DNA of 56,601 nucleotides, the filler included, from Catajapyx aquilonaris (taxonomy: Eukaryota), in assembly GCA_000934665.2 (NCBI GenBank). It is 3 parts of 3 records of this genome, joined end to end, with 100 filler letters (N's around TTAATTAATTAA, not from the genome) between each part and the next. Parts side by side here need not be neighbours in the genome. Positions count along the whole stretch, not along the records: positions 37,808 to 56,601 come from JYFJ02006607.1; 2 more parts are not named here. One strand, written 5' to 3'. This document shows positions 47,840 through 56,601 of the stretch, piece after piece; within the stretch, counting starts at the first letter, position 1, and each line of letters begins with the position of its first letter. The notes beneath the pieces were generated by a model. It was given only the letters and a program-made list of their open reading frames with translations. It ran no database searches and was not told the DNA's origin. Made by a program: the position numbers and the translations under genes.

Positions 47840-48010
47840 GCAAGGGCTACTTATAAATGCTGATATTTGTAGCAAAACCGGAGTAATTTGAGTACACTAT
47901 TGTAATTATTGATCTTGTAGGATGGAGGGTGAAGCCATGTAAAGTCACAATAATCAAGAATTTCGCCCCTTCTGGCTGCTTTATGATTGTGTTCCACATT
48001 CCATTTTTTG
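47840..48010. repeat. Diverged duplicate of about 52757-52925
   Basis: GCAAGGGCTACTTATAAATGCTGA, TAATTTGAGTACA.TATTGTAAT and TTTATGATTGTGT shared in the same order. Confidence 0.65.
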
Positions 48011-48819
48011 GGAAGTCACCGTAGCCATTATTGTAGTGGAAGATTCAACTTTCAGTCGGGAAGAAATTGGTCGCATGGCCATCCAGTTGTCATGTGTCCT
48101 TCTCTTTGGAGGAAAACTGAGCAACCCGAACATAGGAATGAAATGACAACCAGATACACACTCTCATGTGCTTGCTTCCACCTCTGAAGAGATCACGTGT
48201 TGGTATTTTATAGTGATTATACTTTATAGACTAGAGAGTGTTTCTGCTACTATTTTTGTAGTTGATTTATTCAAGCAAAAAGTCGTTTCCGCCGGCCGTT
48301 CCTTTGCCCATTGTGTGTTCTTTATGCTCATGCAAGGATTTCGCAATAAGGTACAGATCCTTACCTACCTGATTTTTTTACAATTAGATCGGAAGGGGTC
48401 GAGCCACAACTTTTCAGATAATTTATAGAATTGAGATTTGGAATGACCCAGAGGCAAGAACCTGAAATACATTCAATCAACACAGGACATACTCAACCAT
48501 ACAAATTTTCGCACAGAATATCTCAAGGAATCTAGATCTGAGAGCAGGTGGACACCTTTCGTACCACCCTGTAAGTATCATACATACCCATACTCGCATG
48601 GCTGTCACAAAGCCATTTTTCTTATTGCGGTAGTGCCATTTTGGCAACACCCTTTACATGTCAATGAGATAGAGATACTAACCTGGGCGAAGCTCATGGT
48701 AAAGGTGGAATGGTCATGGAAAGCGGCATACCCTTAACACGCATAATTTATAATGTTAGTAGCTGCGATACCCGTTCTTGGAGCTGGAAAAACGCTTATG
48801 GGGGTTCCGGGAATTACAT

Positions 48820-49110
48820 ATCCTTTCTCTCGTAATGTGGCTTCGTCAGTGTACAGGACCTGGTCCGGGAAGTCGGGGTGCTGTGTGCAGTACCATTGCA
48901 GAATTTCACGCGGGCCAGATAGTCTGCTGGCCTCAGACGTTGTACCTTTTGCCGCCTGTATGGATAAAGCTGTTTTTCGTGTAACACCTTCCTGACAGTA
49001 CTCTCAGTGGCAGTGAACATTAGCTGCGACCCGCCGTGTGCTTGTGATGGTACCCTTGGGACTCGAGCCAGAATGTCCTCCTCAAAGTCGGGAGTGCGGA
49101 CATAATTTCC
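48820..49110 (-). mobile_element. Tc1/mariner-superfamily transposase fragment
   Basis: TPDFEEDILARV..STRRVAA..STVRKVLHEKQLYPYRRQKVQRLRPADYLARVKFC..PDFPDQVLYTDEAT, including the first catalytic Asp motif. Frameshifted. Confidence 0.7.
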
Positions 49111-50979
49111 ACCGACCCCTCTCCTGCCAATTTCCCTAACAATTAATGCCGTTAAAATTTAGATTGGTAACAGTACCACCTGACCACTTTGTTGGTGGCC
49201 GTCGGCTGAATCCTCATTGAAGGCATGTTTCCTCGGGGACGTATCCACTTGAATGACGTGAAAATGACTTCCCTTCTCACGTATCTTTTTGCACTTGGGG
49301 TAGGAGGATATTAAGCAATGACTTTCACTTCACCTGATGCATTAGTGTCTTAGCTTCCCAATTGATAAGATCGAACTGACTAAATGGAAGTGATATTGCA
49401 TAAATCAAATATTATCTAGTGTTCGTCGTAATTTTTGTACCACTTTTCACATTCCATGAGAAGAAGCGGGGAAGTATTTGCACCTTTTGTTAAGCATCAA
49501 GATGGGAGACATTTCCTTTTTAGTTAACGAAAATGTTGATATTCCAATGCGGTCAGTGGTCTTCCTTTTGCCAGTGCCTTACGACGAGAAGGGCGAGGAA
49601 TAATATTACCATTAGTCCTTGCTGTCGGCGCACTCTTAGGAGAGCGTTGATGATTTTAGAACAATAACTTCCGGATGTACTGATTTGATTCCCACCAGTT
49701 GGTTGCCTCAACTGCATCTCCAGCTCTTCGAGTGAAAAAAACTAGACTGGTTTGACTCCTTGGCAATGGCTTTGTTTAATAATTGTGCGAGTACACTTGC
49801 CATGCTGTCATTGATATATTGCATTATGTATGCTATTCAAATGATTCACACGCAACTATTTCCTCCAAGTGAGTCTTGCAATATCTACATTTTATTGATG
49901 TGGTCGGTTTATCTCATTGGTATAATACATGATTGTGTCACTTCTCCCAGTTACGGCGCAAGTTTTATAGCGCAAAAGGACATTCATGACTCATGAGGAT
50001 CTCATTTCAACTGAGTTTTTCCAAATGGCTTTGTTATTTAAACACTCACATGTACTGCTGCTTCTGTTGGCGTCAGTAGCTTCAAAGTTGCCGGGCTAAT
50101 GAGCAACTGTCTCTCGCGGAGGACGATGTTCTTCTGTGATGCGAAGGAAAACAAGAAGTATTCCTATAATCATGTACGTAATATTGGAACCGAATGCAAA
50201 TATGCCACACTCGGCAATAGTGTAGCGTATACATTTGACTTTATATTTAGGGAGGTCGGCCCGACATAGCCTTTCGACCTCCCGGCCCAATCAGGGCCCT
50301 AAATCCAGCTGGACACCATGCGCTGTCAAAGGCGCCTAATTCTGCGTTCTCATGCGAACTGTCTCTCGCATCCAAAGAAATGCAAATATGTCCTTTATAA
50401 ACAATAGTCCATTAAGTGGAATTCTATTGGCGGTGCCGACCTGCGTCCCGAGGGACGGGGGCCGATAATGACCGCAAAAGAAAATGTCGGAAAAAGAAAG
50501 ACATAAGGAAAGTAGCACTTTCTGCAAACCCCCTATAAACAAATTGAAAAGAAAAAGGAAAGTGCACTTATGCGGGGCCATACAAGAACACCCACTGCCT
50601 CGAGCGTCCGGCCACTACTCGAGAGCCCAGCCCCACTCGGCAGACTGTCACCACCTCTGCACAGCCACAAGTCCCGCCAGCACTCCCGCCTACGCCAGTC
50701 GCCCGAGGAAGAGGGGACAATTTAAAGCGTGCGGACGTACCACTTGGTATAATTGAACCGTAAAACTTCAGCTAATTAAAATGAGGCCCCGCAGTTATTT
50801 CATTTGGACGGAACTTCACGTTCCACATATAATTCTCACAAACATATACCCCCTTTCTATCTCCTTCTCCTCTCCGTCCAAGGATCCCTGGAAGTGGGAA
50901 CCAAGGCTGGCACCAGATTTATATTTTCTTATTTAGCTTTTATTTATTTCTCCTTCGTTTCTCATTTATTTGTCTATTT

Positions 50980-51052
50980 ATTTATTGTTCATTTATTGTT
51001 CATTTATTGTTCATTTATTGTTCATTTATTGTTCATTTATTGTTCATTTATT
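50980..51052. repeat. 11-bp tandem repeat (ATTTATTGTTC, about 6.5 copies) in the LINE 3' region
   Basis: Directly visible perfect repeats. Confidence 0.9.
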
Positions 51053-51096
51053 TTCCTCCGCGAGGAATTGGACCACTTTCTGGCAGAAATAATTAA

Positions 51097-51819
51097 TTAG
51101 CAGTGATTGCCGGTTCGGGGCCATCCCTCCCCCGCAGTGACAAAAGCCGCAAGGAGCGCAGTCCGTTCAGGAAGAACCTGTGGGAGCATGCAGTCAAATA
51201 GGAGATGCTCTGAGTTCTGTATGCCCCGGCCACATGGGCAGGCACCACCACAGGCCCACTTTTCCCCCAAAAGATTGAATCGTGCCAAATAGCCAAGGAA
51301 AGGGCCATGATCAGTCACCAAATGTGCAATGGGTCCATGTAAATGAACTCCCTCTGACACAGTGGGGAGAAAACTATGCGGCCAGGTATTCCCCCGCTCA
51401 TCCCATCTTTTCTGCCATTCCTCCATCATGGCATCCTTCCATCCCCTCCCCATTGCCGCTCGGGGGGCCGGCAAAGCATGTGGAGTTCCCTGCCCAGGCG
51501 CCGCGCCCTTCGCAACCTTGTCCGCTGCCTCATTTCCTGCTACTCCCGAGTGTCCCCGCACCCAGGCCAGGTCGACTGGGCTACCCATCTCCTTCATCCC
51601 TTTTTGTGCGCCCTGGATGAGACCGTCCTTCGAGGATTCACCATGGTTTGGAGGGCAGAGTACGAGTCCGAGACTATTCGAGTGTAGCGTATACACCCGA
51701 AATAGGATAATACTGTAAAGAACCTCAAAACCGCCGGAAATGAACTTCCTGGGTTTCTCTGGTGTGCAGGCCATGGCCGTACACAGGCGGCTGGTTGTCT
51801 GTCTTGGGTTATTTTTCAC
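51097..51819 (-). mobile_element. 5'-truncated non-LTR retrotransposon (RNase H-bearing, R1/I-group-like) ORF2 C-terminus
   Basis: WVRGHSGVAGNEAADKVAK (RNase H C-terminus), WQKRWD, LVTDHGPFLGYLARF and CPCGRGIQNSEHLLFDC (CCHC finger). GC-rich relative to the flanks. Confidence 0.88.
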
Positions 51820-53929
51820 ATTTTTATTATGTAGCCTATACTGTATCTCAACAGGAATCTAGGTAAAATAACTAAAGTAATAACTGTGGATGAGGATTGA
51901 CTTTGAACATGACTGTCAACCACTGTGTTATTATTACGTTAGTGTCGTGCAAGAGTCGCAATTGGGGATTCGCTGGTAATCATTAGCAGCCTGCCTCAAG
52001 TTACTGGCCCCAGAAATCGTCGCGTCGCTGTTTGCCCGTAACTAGAAATACTGTATTCCTCCTTCAGAATATGCACATAGTCGATAGCATTAGTCATTCC
52101 AGATATCGTTATGAGGGGTCCTATTGACTACCATGTGCTGCGCTCTATTTTCCCATGCAGGCCATCTGCAGCCATGTGTATGCGTGGCCTGGATTCAATA
52201 TTCCAAAGTAATCTCACTTGTTGGAACAAGATGCTAATTGACTATGGCAAGGAGAGCCGGTGAATAGCAGACGTAGTTGTTTTGTCTGGAACAATATGTC
52301 CATTATTGGCCATTTAGCCACTTATTCAAATAGGTAAATAGTGATTTCAATTGCTCAATAGTAGATTCTTGGAAACATGGAGTTTGTTTCTCTGAGATAC
52401 TTTAATATAACTAAGAGGGTCATTGGTTCTTGTTAGTTGAACTGCCCTTTCTCCAGTGAAAGTGTTTTTAGCCAGCAGTGCAGCAACCTAAATAACTTAT
52501 GGTACCCACCTGATTTTTTTCCCCTGTCTGAAAATATCAATTGGTATTGCCATGGTATAGTTGCATGGATCACGGGACGAAAGAAAAGCATTGTAATTGG
52601 AGATTGCATTTATTGAAGTCCATATTTTTCCTGGAATGAAGATTATGAATATGTAGGGGTCACAAAATGTCTTGAAATAAGACACTACATATCATAGATT
52701 AACATATGGGCCATTTTTATTAACCCCTCAGTGTGAGAGAAATGTGTGCAAACTGTTGCAAGGGCTACTTATAAATGCTGAAACTTGTAATGGTAGGGAA
52801 ACGTGTTTAATTTGAGTACAATATTGTAATGGTTGGCATGCTATGGTCGAGGTCAATTACAATAACCAGGTATTATGCCCTGTTGTCTGTTTTATGATTG
52901 TGTGTCCAAACCCTCAGTTTGGGCAAGTGACATTGGTTTTATCTTCACCATTTCTTGTCTTTGTTAGCCCGAGATTTTTTCAGATGCTGCCCAGCGGAAT
53001 GTTCAATGTTGTACTTGTTCAATCCGTATGACTGGTTCCCTTTCCGTCCACGTTGGCGTCTCGGCGCTTCTACCCTCTCTTTTACCTTCGTAGTTTGTCT
53101 GCAAGGAAGATGTTTCCAGCTCATATCAGGCAACAAGTACGTATGAATCTGTGATTAACCTGCAGTGTGTGGATGGCTTGTGCTCGAGCTCTCTTCTGAT
53201 CCTTATACTCTTGGGCCCATGCGAAATCCAGATGCAGATGTCCATGTCCAGAGCAATTTCAATATTGTAATAATTTTGAGTAACAAATTGATAAATAATT
53301 GGCTATGATCTTCATTCAACAATGCCAATATATGAACCTTACGTTGGGTTCATTATGGCTTATCCGGACTCATCCTGGTCGGAAAAATGCGCTGGGGGTG
53401 ATTTTCCTTTCTTGCAACCTGTTTCATTCATATTTCCTTCCAGATGAAGGATTTGTTTACTTCTATTTACCATTGCAGCCATATTATATTCTGATGTAGT
53501 TGTATTTGTTTGATTTCTAGTATTGATGGACTCAAAACATGTTTCTACACTACAGCAACCAATCGTTGGCTATACAATGTTCATGGATATATTGCACCTG
53601 TTCCTTACATGCAGAAACCATCAGTTTTTACATAAGCCACGTAATAATGAAATGAAGTGGTAATTAAATATTTTGCTTTTGATGTCGAGTTGACTCCAAA
53701 TGTGTCATAGGTGACTGGGACTACTTTTTCTATGGGTTGTGCACGATGTTTCCTGACATGACGCCATTTTGTATCGCAGGTCTGGAATTTTGTTTATTAA
53801 ATTGAGAGTCTTGAGGAGCAATGGAGCAATTCTGCTTCGTGTAGATGATATCCATCTTGCAATGTCGTGACTGATTTCTCATCCTTTCTGGATTATACAT
53901 TTCCTCTTGAGCCAGTAGTTATTCTCTAT

Positions 53930-55945
53930 ATGCTTCCAGTTTCTGATTATTATGAGTGAGCCGAAGGTGAGACTCAAAATATTGTTCCCCACGAGCCAGA
54001 AAGTTCTTTTTGGGATAGGATTCAGACAAAAAGCTACACGAGCCTCTCCTGTATTTTTGAATGGGTGTGACTAACAATATATTTTTACCTATGTAAGGGA
54101 CAAACCAACCAACCAGGGCCGGCGCATTATGTGATTACAACATTACTCTTGGTTCAAGTTGATTTGCAGCCCTTTGGCTGTACGTAAATAACAATTATTT
54201 CGGGAGTATGAAGCTATATAATTTTATTCCATTTTAAATCAAGAGGCACTCCTCCAGGTTCAATCACTAATCAGGAGCATACCTGTCACCCACTAGTTTA
54301 TAATGAGGATCCTTGTAAAGCTATTCAGCTGAGAATAATGCATGGCCTTATGGCGGTTGGGACGCTACCGTTTTCCTTACTTGATCACTTGCTTTCTGCA
54401 TTTGATGGTCGTTCTTGTTCAAAAGACAGTCTGAAAGTACTCGTATAATTCATATTCAGGCAACACTTCACAGAGTGGGGCACTTTTAAGTGCGACCAAT
54501 GTGTCCCATAGTGCAAGTAAAGAAATGCGATAGAAGAGTGGATGTTCAATGGCAGGCTAATAGGGACATGTTGGGTCCATTATTGGGTGTGCGGGATTGG
54601 AACAAGACACAAAATAATGAGTGGGCATAGTCACTACACGCTATCTCTTCAGGGTTTTCCAAACCGGATCCTGATCCAGCTCAGCCTCTTCTTCACCAGG
54701 GGTGCAGTTGGCGTGGTCCTTCCTCTGCTTGCGCCTGCGCTTATTGTCCCCCTTGCGTGGGTTTGATGTCCTTTTTACTTCTTGTTTCTTTTTCGGAGCG
54801 ACCGGCTCGTCTGAAAGTAATGGAACATACTCAATACCTGGAACATGTATGGATACTGAGAAAGACTTTCGTTCGAAAGTTATTAAACTTTAATTGTTCA
54901 AAAAAAGTTAAATATTTGCTGCATCTCTAAATGCTACCAGTTTCCGATTATTGTGAATGGGCCGAAGGTGAGACTCAAAATATTGTTGGCCACGAGCCAG
55001 AAAGACCTTTTTGGGATAGGATTCAGACAAATAGTTACACGAGCCTCTCCTGTATTTTGAATGGGTGTGGCTAACAATATATTTTTACCAATGTAAGGGA
55101 CAAACCAACCAACCAGGGCCGGCGCATTATGCGATTACAATTGATTACATTACACTTGGTTCAAGTGGATTTGCAGCCCTTTGGCTGTACGTAAATAACA
55201 ATTATTTCAGGAGTATGAAGCTAGATAATATTTTATACCATTTTAAATCAAGAGACACTCTTCCAGGTTGAATCAATAATCAGGAGTATACCTGTCACCC
55301 ACTAGTTAATAAGGATCCGCGTAAAGCTATTCAGTCTGCTGAGGATCATGCATTACAGTGCATCATGGTTCAGGTTTAAAAGGAGATGGATCCTGTTACA
55401 TCCCATGTCTATGAGAATGTGTATAGGATATTTATGATTAGAATGATATATCAACTTATTGTTAGTTCCACTTCAGGGGCCGGGGAGTCTGATTAGTGCA
55501 GTTTTGCCCCCAAAAAATTGGTTTATTTGTGTTTTAAGATTTACCTGGCAATCCATATGTCTGAGCCATTATTATTTGCCAGTCAGTAGCTGCAATAAGA
55601 GGAAGTTGTAAGTCTACAGTGGGATAGCTGTGGATGTCCGAATGTCGCGACGTTCTTTCGTTATTGTTATAAAACGTAATGATCCTCATATTCCATTGTG
55701 GAACGGGCTTAATTATGAGTAACTTTCTGTACTTAAGTTTCTCTTCTACCTCGTTGTTCATTCTTAAAATAATGTAACTAAAAGGCGTTTGGGACGCTAC
55801 CGTTTTCCTTACTTGATCACTTCTCTTTCTGCATTTGATGGTCGTTCTTGTTCAAAAGACAGTCGTATAATTCAAATTCAGGCAACACTTCACAGAGTGG
55901 GGCTCTTTTAAGGGAGACCAATGTATCGCATAGAGCATGTAAAGA
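53930..55945. repeat. Local duplication: 53930-54330 resembles 54940-55335, and 54357-54528 resembles 55789-55950
   Basis: Long near-identical runs such as GCCGAAGGTGAGACTCAAAATATTGTT, AAGGGACAAACCAACCAACCAGGGCCGGCGCATTATG and TTGGGACGCTACCGTTTTCCTTACTTGATCACTT. The second copy has about 430 bp extra between the two blocks. Confidence 0.85.
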
Positions 55946-56601
55946 AATGCTCTTTTGCCATGCATCTCTGAGACGATTTCGGCTGAGGTTAGGATACATG
56001 GAGAGGTGCATTCATATCCTCAATCCACGGAAAAGACATGAGATATTTCTAGTCTCTTGTGGTTGATGTACTGATGTGTACTAGTTGCAAGACTTAGTAA
56101 AGATCACGAGTAGCTGACTTCTTGTGAGTAAAGGAGGCAAGGGATACCCATTTTCCCAAACCATACCTCCCCTCATTGCAGAAGAAAGTATCCTTATAGC
56201 GGTATGTAAGCGTCCTAGTCGGACCTTTCCAGTAGATTTTGTGTCGTGTATCATCACACGTAATCTGAGAATGCAATGGACATTGGTGACCAGAGCAGCT
56301 TAAAACAATATTGCCGTAGAGCTTCAAGTGGCGCTCGGTCACGTCTGGTCTGATTTTCAATTGGGTGTTTTTCTGCTGGGTGTTTTTGTTTGACCAGTTT
56401 ACTGCTTTTCTTCCGGGAAGGTAGTTCCACCCTAGTGGAAATTTCTCTAATGCATCGATGGACAGGGTTAGACAGCTATCTATTCTGGTGTAGTCCTGAC
56501 ATTGGTGCTTAGTCAGATATTAACGGGGTTATTCCAGACCATGTAGGTCCTTAAACCCCGGGCCCCACATAGGGCCTATATCATCACTCTAAGTCCCTTT
56601 C

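Overview
Eukaryotic (protostome, probably arthropod) nuclear DNA, not a prokaryotic locus. The window is three contigs of 18,807, 18,800 and 18,794 bp joined by two artificial 100-bp linkers (N44-TTAATTAATTAA-N44), so neighbourhood across the linkers is probably not biological. Contig 1 (1-18807) has intronless divergent ionotropic receptor (IR) genes of one subfamily (one complete, one 5'-truncated, one frameshifted, one decayed fragment), a five-exon tyrosine-kinase-like pseudokinase and several DNA-transposon relics. Contig 2 (18908-37707) has three tandem intact IRs of a second subfamily, two IR remnants, a tRNA-derived SINE with a perfect target-site duplication, and convergent mRpL22 and RpL21 genes. 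Contig 3 (37808-56601) is mostly decayed mobile elements (Sola-like, Tc1/mariner-like, an RNase H-bearing LINE) and local duplications. The most notable signal is that the IR paralogs are mosaics: near-identical segments, especially the N-terminal domain up to the start of the ligand-binding domain, are joined to diverged ligand-binding segments. This suggests domain-restricted gene conversion giving constant and variable receptor regions. All family assignments are from motif recognition by eye; no searches were run.
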